From: Clostridia bacterium
GTDB taxonomy: Bacteria > Bacillota > Clostridia > Oscillospirales > CAG-272
Length of the DNA: 64,000 bases
Assembly: GCA_017452525.1 (NCBI GenBank)
Contig: JAFTMG010000007.1
Location: 6,418-70,417, forward strand
Direction of reading: 5' to 3'
Shown here: piece after piece, positions 1 to 9,737 of the stretch
Layout of the letters: the number at the start of each line of letters is the position of its first letter
Numbering within the stretch: the stretch's first letter is position 1
Program-made: the position numbers and the translations under genes
Notes under the pieces: model-generated
What the model was told of the DNA's origin: nothing
The model's input: only the letters and a program-made list of their open reading frames with translations
Database searches by the model: none

Positions 1-282
1 CGCGACCTTTGCCTCGTCCTGACCGATGACGTACTGATCCAGCGAGTCCTTGATCTGGATGGGCTTGGGAAGGGTGGCAAGGGACAGCTCTTCAAAATCG
101 GCATTGAGTGTTTCCTGCTCGGCAAGCGTGTCAGAGATCAATTCATCACACGCCTCCACGCAGAAATCGCAAATATAGAGACCTGTGGGGGAGGGGATCA
201 GAAAATTGACCTGTGTTTCGTTTCTGCCGCAGAAAGAGCAAAATCTGAGATTGCTGTTAGAATTACCGGTGTTTGATGCCAT
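1..282 (-). CDS. clpX: ATP-dependent Clp protease ATP-binding subunit ClpX, N-terminal fragment (continues past the window start)
   Basis: My reverse-strand translation from the ATG at 282 reads MASNTGNSNSNLRFCSFCGRNE..YICDFCVEAC..LDQYVIGQDEAKVA. This has the C4 zinc-ribbon and the start of the AAA+ module. It lies directly downstream of clpP, the conserved tig-clpP-clpX order. Confidence 0.9.
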   Translation of the reverse strand, partial: MASNTGNSNSNLRFCSFCGRNETQVNFLIPSPTGLYICDFCVEACDELISDTLAEQETLNADFEELSLATLPKPIQIKDSLDQYVIGQDEAKVA

Positions 283-305
283 GTTGTTTGCCTTTCCGTG
301 CGGTG

Positions 306-917
306 TTACGCGCGCTTTTCAAAAATTTTGTCGATCAGACCGTATTCCAGCGCTTCCTTGGCGGTCATATAGTTGTCGCGGTCGGTATCGCGTGCGATCT
401 CTTCCACCGACTTGCCGGTATTTTCGGCAAGAATACCGTTGAGCATATCGCGGGTGCGCAGGATCAGATCTGCCTGGATCTTGATGTCCGTTGCCTGACC
501 GCGCGCGCCGCCGAGAGGCTGGTGGATCATGATCTCACTGTGGGGCAGGGCAAAGCGCTTGCCCTTGGCACCGGAGGAGAGCAGGAAGGCGCCCATGCTT
601 GCTGCCATGCCGACACAGATGGTCGCAACGTCGCATTTGATAAAGTTCATGGTGTCATAGATCGCCATGCCTGCCGTGACAGATCCGCCGGGACTGTTGA
701 TATAGAGCCAGATATCCTTGTCGGGATCCTGTGCCTCCAGAAACAGAAGCTGGGCAACGATCAGGGAAGCGGTGACGTCGTTTACCTCATCGGAAAGAAA
801 AACGATACGGTCGTTGAGCAGACGGGAGTATATGTCGTAGGCACGCTCACCTTTGTTGGTCTGCTCTACAACGGTGGGAACCAGTGCGTTTTGCAAGGGA
901 TTGATATACGGGATCAT
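306..917 (-). CDS. clpP: ATP-dependent Clp protease proteolytic subunit
   Basis: 203-aa ORF. Typical ClpP sequence: [47 protein letters not shown]. Confidence 0.97.
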   Translation of the reverse strand: MIPYINPLQNALVPTVVEQTNKGERAYDIYSRLLNDRIVFLSDEVNDVTASLIVAQLLFLEAQDPDKDIWLYINSPGGSVTAGMAIYDTMNFIKCDVATICVGMAASMGAFLLSSGAKGKRFALPHSEIMIHQPLGGARGQATDIKIQADLILRTRDMLNGILAENTGKSVEEIARDTDRDNYMTAKEALEYGLIDKIFEKRA

Positions 918-1027
918 GCAAATACCTCCTGAATATGATTGGTTATGACAGCAACTGTCAAAATGGGATAATAGAAAGCGGCGAGGGACTTCTGATGATA
1001 AAAGTCCCCCGACACAGTCTTGTTATT

Positions 1028-2362
1028 TTATGCTTCGGTTGCTTCGGTATCCTCAGCAGCCTTCTTGGCAGCGGGCTTTCTGGGCTTGCTGATCTTAGCG
1101 TTTGCCTTGACCAGATCCAGTGCCTTCTTGACCTTCATGTCCTCGGCAATGGCGGAAGCGTCGATGCTTGCCTTCACCTGATCCACGGGCATGTTGTAGG
1201 AGTTGGCGATGTTCTCATACTCGCCGTTGATCTCCTCCTCGGTGGCTTCCAGACCCTCGAGAGCGGCGATCTTTTCCAGAGCCAGTCTCAGCTTGACCTG
1301 CTGCTCTGCCTGAGGACGCATCTGCTCGCGCAGGGTCTCCAGGGTCATGCCGGTGTACTGGAAGTAGGTCTTGAGATCCAGACCCTGCATACGCAGTCTG
1401 TTGTCGTAGTCGCGGACGAAGTTCTCGGTCTCAGCCTCGAACATGCACTCGGGAATATCAGCCTCCAGCTTTTCCATCAGCGTCTTGGAGATCTGCTCGT
1501 CTACCTCGCTGTCAGCCTGCGTCTCGTGTCTCTTTTCGATTTTTGCCGTCAGACCTGCCTTGTATTCATCAAAGGTATCGAATTCGGAAACGTCCTTTGC
1601 GAAATCGTCATCCAGAGCAGGAAGTTCAACTGCGGACAGCTTGTGGATGGTTACCTTGAATACAGCAGCCTTGCCTGCCAGCTCCTTTGCGTGGTAGTCC
1701 TCGGGGAAGGTTACGTTCACGTCAAAGGTATCGCCGATGTTCTTGCCAACGACCTGCTCCTCAAAGCCGGGGATGAAGGAGCCGGAGCCTAGCTTGAGGG
1801 AGTAGTTCTCACCCTTGCCGCCCTCGAAGGGAACACCGTCAACGGAGCCCTCAAAGTCGATGATGGCAACGTCGCCGTTTTCAGCGGCTCTGTCGGTGAC
1901 TTCGATCTCGCGGGAGTTTCTGTTCTGAACGGTAGCGATCTCTGCGTTGATCTCTTCCTCGGTTACGGGCTCGACCTTTCTGGTCACCTTGATGCCCTTA
2001 TAATCCTTGATCTCGACCTCGGGCTTGACGTAGACCTTAGCGGTCAGCACAGCGCCGTTTTCGTCGATGTTCTTGATATCGAACTCGGGTCTGCCGACGA
2101 CATCCAGCTCTGCTTCCTTGATGGCAGACTCAAATGCTTCGGGCAGAACGTCATTGATGGCATCCTCGTAGAAGAAGCCCTTGCCATACATCTTCTCAAT
2201 GATGGAGCGGGGAGCCTTACCCTTACGGAAGCCGGGAATGTTGAACTTGCCGACCTGCTTTTTGTAAGCGCGGTTGACAGCCGCTTCAAACGTGTCGTGA
2301 TCGATCGCGATCTCCAACTCGTAAAGATTCTTGTCGGTCAGTTCCTTTTTTGTTAAACTCAT
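1028..2362 (-). CDS. tig: trigger factor (peptidyl-prolyl isomerase)
   Basis: 444-aa ORF. N-terminal ribosome-binding motif GFRKGKAP, central FKBP-like region (PGFEEQVVG), acidic C-terminus. Sits upstream of clpP. Confidence 0.95.
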   Translation of the reverse strand: MSLTKKELTDKNLYELEIAIDHDTFEAAVNRAYKKQVGKFNIPGFRKGKAPRSIIEKMYGKGFFYEDAINDVLPEAFESAIKEAELDVVGRPEFDIKNIDENGAVLTAKVYVKPEVEIKDYKGIKVTRKVEPVTEEEINAEIATVQNRNSREIEVTDRAAENGDVAIIDFEGSVDGVPFEGGKGENYSLKLGSGSFIPGFEEQVVGKNIGDTFDVNVTFPEDYHAKELAGKAAVFKVTIHKLSAVELPALDDDFAKDVSEFDTFDEYKAGLTAKIEKRHETQADSEVDEQISKTLMEKLEADIPECMFEAETENFVRDYDNRLRMQGLDLKTYFQYTGMTLETLREQMRPQAEQQVKLRLALEKIAALEGLEATEEEINGEYENIANSYNMPVDQVKASIDASAIAEDMKVKKALDLVKANAKISKPRKPAAKKAAEDTEATEA

Positions 2363-2408
2363 TCTTCATATCCTCCAAAGAAATGATTCTTTTTTACATA
2401 CAAAATAT

Positions 2409-2437
2409 ATTTTACATTTTTTTGTTGAAATTGTCAA
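2409..2437 (-). promoter_or_regulatory. sigma-A-type promoter for tig (-35 TTGACA, 17-nt spacer, -10 TAAAAT on the minus strand)
   Basis: Minus-strand hexamers at 2437..2432 and 2414..2409, about 45 nt upstream of the tig ATG, in an AT-rich intergenic region. Confidence 0.5.
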
Positions 2438-2498
2438 TAGATTTTTCGTTTTTTTGCCGTCTTGACCAATAAGTTTTTTTGATTTTTGCTATTTTTGG

Positions 2499-3239
2499 TC
2501 ATTCATTCCCGATGGAATCGGGCAGGATCAGCATGGGAATGAAATTCAGAAAATCGGATGAGACCAGAGTCAGCTCGATCCCCTCGTACGTGACGGTGCG
2601 GGGAAGACGGTAGGAGCTGTGGATATGTCCGTAATAGCAGTGCCGTATGCCGTATTCGTGAAGCAGATCCAATATCTCGCGGCACTCAAATCCGCCGAAT
2701 ACGGGCGGGAAATGCAGGAAGACGAGGATCTCGCGGGGGGCGGCGGGATCCTGCAGGCTGCGGGCTTGCTCCAGACTCAGCCGAAGTCTTCCAACCTCAC
2801 GGTTGACGATCTTGGCGTAGTCCACGGAGCCGACAACGACCTGCTGTTTTTCGTCGTTGAACCAGCCACGGGTACCGCAGACGATGAAGTCCTCCACCAC
2901 GTAGGCATTGTTGTAAAGGATGCGCAGGGTGGTCAGCTCATGCTCCGCAAAGAAGTTCTGCATTTTGTTCATGGTTGCCCACCAGAAGTCGTGGTTGCCC
3001 TTGCCGAGCAGCTTGGTGCCTGGCAGGCGGTCAAGCCAAGTCAGATCTGCCAGTGCCTCCTCGAAATTCAGTCCCCAGGAGATGTCGCCGGGAATGATGA
3101 CCGTATCCTCCGGATTGACGATCGCTTCCCAATTTTTTTTGAGTTTTTCGGTATATCCCGTCCATCTGGCACCGAATTTCTCCATGGATTTATTGACGTG
3201 CCCGGAGAGATGGGTGTCGGCAATGACGAAAACAGACAT
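2499..3239 (-). CDS. metallophosphoesterase family protein
   Basis: Calcineurin-like phosphoesterase motifs: IADTH, PGDISW, GKGNHDFWW, HFPP. Confidence 0.8.
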   Translation of the reverse strand: MSVFVIADTHLSGHVNKSMEKFGARWTGYTEKLKKNWEAIVNPEDTVIIPGDISWGLNFEEALADLTWLDRLPGTKLLGKGNHDFWWATMNKMQNFFAEHELTTLRILYNNAYVVEDFIVCGTRGWFNDEKQQVVVGSVDYAKIVNREVGRLRLSLEQARSLQDPAAPREILVFLHFPPVFGGFECREILDLLHEYGIRHCYYGHIHSSYRLPRTVTYEGIELTLVSSDFLNFIPMLILPDSIGNE

Positions 3240-3351
3240 GGCGGAGACCTCCTTTCGCAGATCTTACAGTCGGAAAATTTGCCGCGGCTGTATAAGGGCG
3301 CGGCGGCGCGCGCATAATAACATCATCCCACAGAGAAGGAGATGAAAACAC

Positions 3352-3546
3352 ATGGAAAACAAGAACGGCTGCTGCAAGTCCGGCAACGGCGAGAAGCACA
3401 ACAACGGCATCGTCTGCGAGGTCAAGAACTGCGTATATCACGATTGCGAGACCTACTGCACGGCAGAGAAGATCTCTGTCGGTCCCAGCTATGCATCTAC
3501 CAGCGCAGATACCGTCTGCGCTACCTTCAAGCAGAAAACCGAGTGA
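3352..3546 (+). CDS. small Cys-rich protein, DUF1540-like
   Basis: 64 aa. Repeated C-x-V-x-x-C-x-Y-H pattern (VCEVKNCVYHDCETYCTAEKISV), which I recall as typical of DUF1540. Followed by a terminator hairpin. Confidence 0.55.
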   Translation: MENKNGCCKSGNGEKHNNGIVCEVKNCVYHDCETYCTAEKISVGPSYASTSADTVCATFKQKTE

Positions 3547-3558
3547 TTTTCCCCGTAT

Positions 3559-3587
3559 CGGGCGTGCCTTGGGCACGCCCGGTTTTT
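3559..3587. terminator. intrinsic terminator hairpin between convergent genes
   Basis: cgggcgtgcc / ggcacgcccg stem with a short loop, followed by a T-run. Confidence 0.7.
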
Positions 3588-3590
3588 ACG

Positions 3591-5078
3591 TTACTGCTTG
3601 GCAAAATCGGTGACGGCATCCCGCATATCCTGCGGCATGATGGTCTCGCGGAAGCGGACCGTGCGGGATTCGAGGCCGCGGAGCGGATAGGTGATCTCCA
3701 CGCCGGAGACCTCGCGCAGCTGCTCCAGCGCAGCCAGATCGGAGTCAGCCTCCTTGCCCGTCAGCGAGCGATAGACATTTGCCGCAAACTTGTAGGGGCT
3801 GGCGGTGGACGCGATCACGGTCACGCGGTCATCCTGCGGCATATCGGCGCGGTACTGCGCGGCGGCACTGCAGGCAACGGCGGTATGGGTATCGAGAAGA
3901 TAATCAAAGTCCTGCTTGTACGTCAGAATGGTCTTGGCGGTCTCTTCTTCATCCGCAAAGTAACCGATAAAGGTTTCGTTGATCTTGTGCAGGATCTCCG
4001 GCTCGACCTCGTAGCGGCCGGTCTCCTTCAGCGATTTCATGTAAGCGACGGTCTTTTCATGTCCTGCCACGAAGTAGAGCAGACGCTCCAGATTGCTGGA
4101 GATCAGGATGTCCATGGAGGGCGACATGGTCAGATAGAAGCTGCGGTTGCGGTCATACACGCCGGTGCGCAGGAAATCGGTAAGGATGTTATTGGTGTTG
4201 GAGGCGCAGATCAGCTTGCCGATGGGCAGACCCATGCGCTTTGCCAGATAAGCGGCAAAGATATTGCCGAAGTTGCCGGTGGGAACGCAGACGTTGATCT
4301 CCTCTCCCATACGGATCTTGCCCTCGGAGAGCAGGTCGCAGTAGGCGGAAACGTAATATACGATCTGCGGTGCAAGTCTGCCCCAGTTGATGGAGTTGGC
4401 GCTGGAGAGGAAAACACCCTGCGCGTCCAGCTCCTTTGCCAGCGCTTCCTCGGCAAACAGCATCTTGACGCCGGTCTGCGCGTCGTCAAAATTACCGTGG
4501 ATGGCGCGAACTGCCACGTTGTTGCCGCTCTGCGTAGCCATTTGCAGCTTTTGTACGGTGGAAACACCGTCTACGGGGTAGAAAACGATGATCTTGACGC
4601 CGTCGATATCCTTATAGCCCTCCAGCGCCGCCTTGCCGGTGTCGCCCGAGGTGGCAACGAGGATCAGTGCGGTGCGCTTCTCGCCCGTTTTGACCAGCGC
4701 GCGGGAGAGCAGGCGGGGCATGATCTGCAGCGCCATATCCTTGAAGGCGGCGGTGGGACCGTGCCACAGCTCGAGAATGGCGGCACGGTTATCGAGAAGC
4801 TTCAACGGTGCGGCGTCGCCCTCAAAGGAGGACTCGCTGTAAGCGGCACGGCAATCGGCAAGCAGCTCCTCGGCGGTATAGTCGGTCAGAAATCTGCCGA
4901 GAATATCGGCGGCACGCTCGGGATAGGGTAGAGCAGTCAGACGCTGAATGTCCGCCTCGGAGAGAGAGGGGATGCTTTCGGGGACGAAAAGTCCGCCGTC
5001 GTCTGCCAGACCTTGCTTGATGACCTGTGCGGCGGAATAGGTTTTTTGCGCGCAATCGCGTGTGCTGTAGAATTTCAT
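3591..5078 (-). CDS. thrC: threonine synthase
   Basis: 495-aa ORF. PLP-lysine region (PTAAFKDMALQ), long-form threonine synthase layout (ATSGDTGKAA, PTGNFGN). Confidence 0.9.
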   Translation of the reverse strand: MKFYSTRDCAQKTYSAAQVIKQGLADDGGLFVPESIPSLSEADIQRLTALPYPERAADILGRFLTDYTAEELLADCRAAYSESSFEGDAAPLKLLDNRAAILELWHGPTAAFKDMALQIMPRLLSRALVKTGEKRTALILVATSGDTGKAALEGYKDIDGVKIIVFYPVDGVSTVQKLQMATQSGNNVAVRAIHGNFDDAQTGVKMLFAEEALAKELDAQGVFLSSANSINWGRLAPQIVYYVSAYCDLLSEGKIRMGEEINVCVPTGNFGNIFAAYLAKRMGLPIGKLICASNTNNILTDFLRTGVYDRNRSFYLTMSPSMDILISSNLERLLYFVAGHEKTVAYMKSLKETGRYEVEPEILHKINETFIGYFADEEETAKTILTYKQDFDYLLDTHTAVACSAAAQYRADMPQDDRVTVIASTASPYKFAANVYRSLTGKEADSDLAALEQLREVSGVEITYPLRGLESRTVRFRETIMPQDMRDAVTDFAKQ

Positions 5079-5111
5079 GGTTTGGGATCCTTTCTTTTTA
5101 GGGGTTCGGAT

Positions 5112-6056
5112 TTATTGCAAATGATTACATACGAAATTGTGGGCGTTGCGCCAAAGGATATTGTCGATCAGCTCTCTGTGGTAGCCGTGCTCGACCATGG
5201 CAGCCTCGATGGCGGGAACATCGGAAATATCGCGGATCCCCTCGGGAGGGGTGCCGATGCCGTCCAGATCACCGCCCATGGCAACGGTATATTCGCCGCC
5301 GAGATCGAGATAGTGGTCGATGTGCCTGAGAAGCGTCTCAACGGTGGCAGGTGCCTCCTTGGTGTTGGTCAGATGCGGGGGACAGAAGCTGATGCCGACG
5401 ATGCCGCCCAGATCGCGGATGGCACAGAATTGCTCGTCGGTGAGATTGCGGGTGTGGTTGTAGACGGCGCGGGAGTTGGAGTGGGTGGCGATCACGGGCT
5501 TGCCCGCCTCGCGCGCCATGCCCAGCACCTGTGCCGCGGTGGCATCGGATGCGTGCGACAGATCGGGGATGATGCCCAACTCGAAGCAGCATTGCACGAC
5601 CAGCTCGCCGAAGGGTGTCAGTCCATCCGCTGTGTCGTGAGAGCCGCCGATGCAGGAGCTACCGCCCCAGCAGAGCGTCAGAAAGCGAACGCCTCTGCCG
5701 TAGAGCACCTTCAGGCGGGTGATATCGTTATTCAGCAGCCGCGCGTCCTCCACGGCAAGAAAGGCGGCAACCTGTTCTCGGTTCCAAGCCTCAACCACGT
5801 CTTCACCCTGGCGGCAGATATGCACACGGTCGCGCAGACGGTCCAGCTCCACGTTGAGGTAGTCCATGACCTTGTGGAAATTGGTGAAGCCCTTTTCGTC
5901 GTCCAATTTCTTGGGCGTCCATATTGCCATGACCTGCGCGTAACGGGAGAGGCAGGATGCTTTATTCAGCGACACGTGCCCGTCATTTTCGTCCAGAAGG
6001 GCGTTATTGCAGTAAAGCTCGTGCGGGGTGTCGCAATGCAAATCGAAAAATCTCAT
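5112..6056 (-). CDS. membrane dipeptidase (peptidase M19 family)
   Basis: MRFFDLHCDT start, DLSHASD, ATHSNSRAV. These are renal-dipeptidase-family metal-ligand motifs. Confidence 0.85.
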   Translation of the reverse strand: MRFFDLHCDTPHELYCNNALLDENDGHVSLNKASCLSRYAQVMAIWTPKKLDDEKGFTNFHKVMDYLNVELDRLRDRVHICRQGEDVVEAWNREQVAAFLAVEDARLLNNDITRLKVLYGRGVRFLTLCWGGSSCIGGSHDTADGLTPFGELVVQCCFELGIIPDLSHASDATAAQVLGMAREAGKPVIATHSNSRAVYNHTRNLTDEQFCAIRDLGGIVGISFCPPHLTNTKEAPATVETLLRHIDHYLDLGGEYTVAMGGDLDGIGTPPEGIRDISDVPAIEAAMVEHGYHRELIDNILWRNAHNFVCNHLQ

Positions 6057-6077
6057 AGATATCCTTTCGGGAAAGCG

Positions 6078-6476
6078 TCATTGCTTTCGGTAAGCGTTTT
6101 GGATCCAATTCAGCTTAAGTAAACGGGGTACGGCGTTGTCCTCCTGCTGCAGATACAGCTCCATCACGTCCATGCGGGGAATCTTTTTGGTGGGATGGTC
6201 GCGCAGATAAGCGCGGGCTGCATACAGCGTCCGATCCCGCTTGTCATAGGTTACGGCGCGTGACGGTCTGCCATAGCGGCTTGGGGTGCGTTCGTCAGGT
6301 GCGGAACGCGTTTTGACTTCGACGAAAAGAAGATAGCCGTCATTTTCCGCGATGATGTCGATCTCGTTGCGGGCAACGCGGAAATTGCGCCGCACGACGG
6401 TAAAGCCGTTGCGGATCAGATGAGCGGCGGCAAGATCCTCACCGTAGCGACCGATCTGTGTCGTTGTCCCTTTCAT
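6078..6476 (-). CDS. YraN family endonuclease-like protein (UPF0102)
   Basis: GRYGEDLAAAHL..GF..RNFR..NEIDIIA..LFVEVKTR pattern. Conserved position next to rnhB. Confidence 0.85.
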   Translation of the reverse strand: MKGTTTQIGRYGEDLAAAHLIRNGFTVVRRNFRVARNEIDIIAENDGYLLFVEVKTRSAPDERTPSRYGRPSRAVTYDKRDRTLYAARAYLRDHPTKKIPRMDVMELYLQQEDNAVPRLLKLNWIQNAYRKQ

Positions 6477-7084
6477 TTTTTGCCGTCCTCATCCAGAAAA
6501 CGAATGAATTTAGTGCGGTAGATGGGGGCAGGCCCGTATTGTCGAAGTGCCGCCATGTGGTCCTTGGTGCCGTAGCCCTTGTGCTTGGCGATGCCGTACT
6601 GAGGATATTGGGCGTCCAGCTCGGCACACAGGCGATCTCGGTAGACCTTGGCAAGAATGGATGCGGCGGCGATGGACATGGAGAGCGCGTCTCCCTTGAC
6701 CACTGCTTGCGTGGGAATGGGGAAGTCACGGTTGATGTTTCCGTCGATCAGCGCCGCATCGGCGGGGATGGGCAGGGCGGCAATGGCACGGCGCATGGCG
6801 AGAAGATCCGCCTCCAGGATATTGGTCGCGTTGATCTCCTCCACGGAGCCCTCGGCAATGGCGTAGGCGAGCGCCTTTTCGCGAATGACGTCGTAAAGCT
6901 TCTCCCGTTTTTTCTCGGTCAGCTTCTTGGAGTCGTTCAGCCCCTCGATCACAAGCCCCGTCGGCAAAATGCAGGCGGCGGCGACCACGGGACCGCAGAG
7001 CGGGCCGCGCCCTGCCTCGTCCACGCCGCAGACGTATTGATATCCTTTTTGGATCCATTCCTGTTCGATGGAATAATCGGGCAT
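6473..7084 (-). CDS. rnhB: ribonuclease HII
   Basis: VCGVDEAGRGPLCGPVVAAA active-site motif, DSKKL, 203 aa. Confidence 0.95.
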   Translation of the reverse strand: MPDYSIEQEWIQKGYQYVCGVDEAGRGPLCGPVVAAACILPTGLVIEGLNDSKKLTEKKREKLYDVIREKALAYAIAEGSVEEINATNILEADLLAMRRAIAALPIPADAALIDGNINRDFPIPTQAVVKGDALSMSIAAASILAKVYRDRLCAELDAQYPQYGIAKHKGYGTKDHMAALRQYGPAPIYRTKFIRFLDEDGKK

Positions 7085-7103
7085 GATAAGTACCTCTCTT
7101 TGC

Positions 7104-7973
7104 TTATTCCGGGCAACGGTCGAGGGTCATGCGCCCGATCTTGGCGGCGCGGAATTCCTCGAGAAGCATGGCGGCGGTGCGCTCGGTATTGACCTCGCCG
7201 CCGCTGATGAGAAAGCCGCGCTTCTTACCGATGGCGAGAAACAGCTCGTAGGCGGGAAGGTCGTAGAACTTGCTGAGGTCTCCCAGCTTATAACGCGCGG
7301 CGAGCATTTCCGGATAAAGCTCCAGCATACGGGCACAGAGTGCGGTGGCAATGGTTTCCGTATCCAGTATCTCACTGCGGATGGCACCCGTGATGGCGAG
7401 ATTTTCGCCTACCGTCCGGTCCTCAAATTTGGGCCAGAGTACGCCGGGCATATCCATCAGATCGATACCGATATTGGTGGAGACCCATTGCTTGTTCAGG
7501 GTAACACCGGGGCGGTTTTCCACCTTGACCTTCTTGGAGCCGGTGATGCGGTTGATCAGAGAGGATTTGCCCACATTGGGAATGCCCACGATCATCGCCT
7601 TGAGGCGGCGACCGCTCATACCCTTCGCCTCGTATCTCTCCACCTTTTCACGGAGGATCTCGTGGATGGCGGGAGAGAGGCGGTTGAGTCCGTCTCCCGT
7701 GGCACAGTCGGTCAGCAGGCAGGCGGTCTCCTCATTGGTGTAATATTTCTGCCACCGCGCCGATTGAGCGGGGTCGGCAAGAGAAGCCTTGTTGAGCAGC
7801 ATGACGGTGGGCTTGCGCTCCTTCAGCTTTTTGATGTCGGGATTGCGGGAGCTGTAGGGAATGCGCGCATCGAGGATCTCGATCAGTATATCGACGTCCT
7901 TGATGTTCTCGGCGATCAAACGGCGGGTTTTCGCCATATGGCCGGGGAACCATTGAATGATTTCGGATGGCAT
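7104..7973 (-). CDS. ylqF: ribosome biogenesis GTPase YlqF/RbgA
   Basis: I trimmed the track ORF to the internal ATG at 7973 (MPSEIIQWFPGHMAKTRR). Circularly permuted GTPase motifs: LNKASL, then VGIPNVGKSSLINR. The upstream extension overlaps lepB and is compositionally odd. Confidence 0.9.
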   Translation of the reverse strand: MPSEIIQWFPGHMAKTRRLIAENIKDVDILIEILDARIPYSSRNPDIKKLKERKPTVMLLNKASLADPAQSARWQKYYTNEETACLLTDCATGDGLNRLSPAIHEILREKVERYEAKGMSGRRLKAMIVGIPNVGKSSLINRITGSKKVKVENRPGVTLNKQWVSTNIGIDLMDMPGVLWPKFEDRTVGENLAITGAIRSEILDTETIATALCARMLELYPEMLAARYKLGDLSKFYDLPAYELFLAIGKKRGFLISGGEVNTERTAAMLLEEFRAAKIGRMTLDRCPE

Positions 7974-8002
7974 ATGATTGACGTTCCTGTTCTGTAATGA
8001 AT

Positions 8003-8680
8003 TTATTCTACGGGCCCGAATTTTTCCCGTGGGGTAATGCGGCAGATGACCCGACCGAGGATCCGCCGCTCGTCCACAAAGCCGATGGCGGTACTGGTGG
8101 AGGAGTCGGAGGAATTGTTGCGGTTGTCGCCCATAACAAAGAGATGATCCTTGGGCACCTGCACGGGGAAGCTCATGGCGAAGGGGATCTCCCACTCGCC
8201 GGAGTCAAAATAACGGTAGGCGCTTTCGTCAAGCACGGTGGGGTTCTCAAAATTTTCATCGTATACCGTGACCGTTCCGGTGCCGCGGTTGATATCGACC
8301 CATTGTCCCTCGGTGGCAATGACGCGCTTGACGATGGGCTCGTTGAATCTGTCGTAGATCTCGCTGGTCTGATGGAAGATCAGGATGTCTCCCGTGGCGG
8401 GCTCGTAGTTGATATTGGAGACGATCAGATTTTCGCCGTCCATCAGGGTCTTGACCATGGAATCCCCGGTGACGGTGCAAAGACGGATCCCGAAGGTGAA
8501 GAGAAGGAGTACCACCAGAATGGACATGACGTACATCTCGGCATAGTCCAGCAGCTCGCGTGCCAGCCGGACGGAAAACTTATCCTTTTTTTCGGGCTTC
8601 TTCGGCTCTTCCGCTTGGACTTCCTGTTTGTTTTCTTCCACTGCCGCGTTTTCGGGCTGTGGGGTCTGCATATCTTCCAT
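8003..8680 (-). CDS. lepB: signal peptidase I
   Basis: GDSM catalytic-Ser box (VTGDSMVKT), MGDNRNNSSDS box, N-terminal TM helix. I prefer the ATG at 8680 (MEDMQ..) because an aaaggaaagga RBS precedes it. The longer start at 8719 abuts a TATAAT box. Confidence 0.85.
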   Translation of the reverse strand: MEDMQTPQPENAAVEENKQEVQAEEPKKPEKKDKFSVRLARELLDYAEMYVMSILVVLLLFTFGIRLCTVTGDSMVKTLMDGENLIVSNINYEPATGDILIFHQTSEIYDRFNEPIVKRVIATEGQWVDINRGTGTVTVYDENFENPTVLDESAYRYFDSGEWEIPFAMSFPVQVPKDHLFVMGDNRNNSSDSSTSTAIGFVDERRILGRVICRITPREKFGPVE

Positions 8681-8782
8681 GAGACACCGTCCTTTCCTTT
8701 GTGATTGCTCTTTAACCATAATATTATATCACAAACCTTTGCTCAGTACAATAGGAATTTTGAAACATTCCGGATTTTTGCG

Positions 8783-9514
8783 TCAAAACTGCTGTTTTTC
8801 ATCTTCCCACGGCAATTTGATATCGCAAATGACGTCATCCACGTCGTCCTTGGTGCAGAGCGTGAAGACGCGGCGCACGCCGATCTTGGAGGAATCGCAC
8901 AGAAATATTCTTCTGCGCGCTCTGGTCAGCATGACGCGGCGCAAAGAGGTCTCCTCCTCGGAAACGTCGGTGATCTCGCCCTCCTCGGTGATGCCCTGGC
9001 TGGAAAAAAAGAAAAAGTCTGCCGATACCGATCTCACGTATGCCTCTGCCGCGGGACCGACAAAGGCGTGATTGGAAGGGTTATACGCGCCGCCCGTGCC
9101 GTAGAGCTGTGCGTTCAGCCCTTGCGCCTCGTGCAGCAGGCGGAGATTGTTGGTGATGATCCGCAGATCTCTTCGGTGGGAGAGGTGGCGGACGATGCGG
9201 CGGGTTGTGGAGGAGGCATCCAGCAGGACGGTGGCGCCATCGGGGATGAGTGTGGCGGCACGCTGCGCCAGTTGTTCCTTGACGGCGGAATGCTCCGGGT
9301 CACGGAGGTCCAACGGGATGATGCTGTTTTCATGCCGCGAGAGCATAACGCCACCGTAGATGCGCTTGACGTAGCCCTGCTGCTCCAGCGCCTCGATATC
9401 ACGACGTACCGACGCCTCGCTGGCAAAGACCTCGGCGGAAAGCTCACGGACGGAGGCGGTGCCGCGGGACTGTAATATTTTGAGTATGTGTTGCTGCCGT
9501 TCGTATTGGATCAT
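8783..9514 (-). CDS. DeoR/GlpR family transcriptional regulator
   Basis: N-terminal wHTH (ERQQHILKIL..ASVRELSAEV..SEASVRRDIEALE) plus a DeoR C-terminal sensor domain. Start trimmed to MIQYERQQ. Divergent from the glycerophosphodiester genes. Confidence 0.85.
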   Translation of the reverse strand: MIQYERQQHILKILQSRGTASVRELSAEVFASEASVRRDIEALEQQGYVKRIYGGVMLSRHENSIIPLDLRDPEHSAVKEQLAQRAATLIPDGATVLLDASSTTRRIVRHLSHRRDLRIITNNLRLLHEAQGLNAQLYGTGGAYNPSNHAFVGPAAEAYVRSVSADFFFFSSQGITEEGEITDVSEEETSLRRVMLTRARRRIFLCDSSKIGVRRVFTLCTKDDVDDVICDIKLPWEDEKQQF

Positions 9515-9595
9515 GGTACCCTCTGAAAAAGTTTGAAAAAGTTTGATCGGGTTTGCACCCCACATTTGATGATATGCCAAGTTATCGGTCAATAC

Positions 9596-9624
9596 TTGAC
9601 AAAAGACATAAAAAAGGTTATAAT
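9596..9624 (+). promoter_or_regulatory. consensus sigma-A promoter (TTGACA-17-TATAAT) for the glpQ-like operon
   Basis: Perfect hexamers at 9596..9601 and 9619..9624 in the divergent intergenic region. Confidence 0.6.
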
Positions 9625-9737
9625 TGGAATGGATTTGGGGAGAAAAATTCCCGATTCTATTTTAACACGGTTTGCAAATATTTGCAAGTGTTTTCACCGA
9701 TTTGCATAAGCATGAATGAAAGGATGGAAGACCTGAC

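Noticed and set aside
8680-8719. The longer N-terminal extension of signal peptidase I (start at 8719), and the long upstream extensions in the ORF track for ylqF, the DeoR regulator, CoADR, the Crp/Fnr regulator, panE, the NUDIX gene, bcp and others.
   Set aside because: In each case an internal ATG or TTG has a proper GGAGG-type RBS and gives the canonical family N-terminus. The extensions overlap neighbouring genes or promoters.
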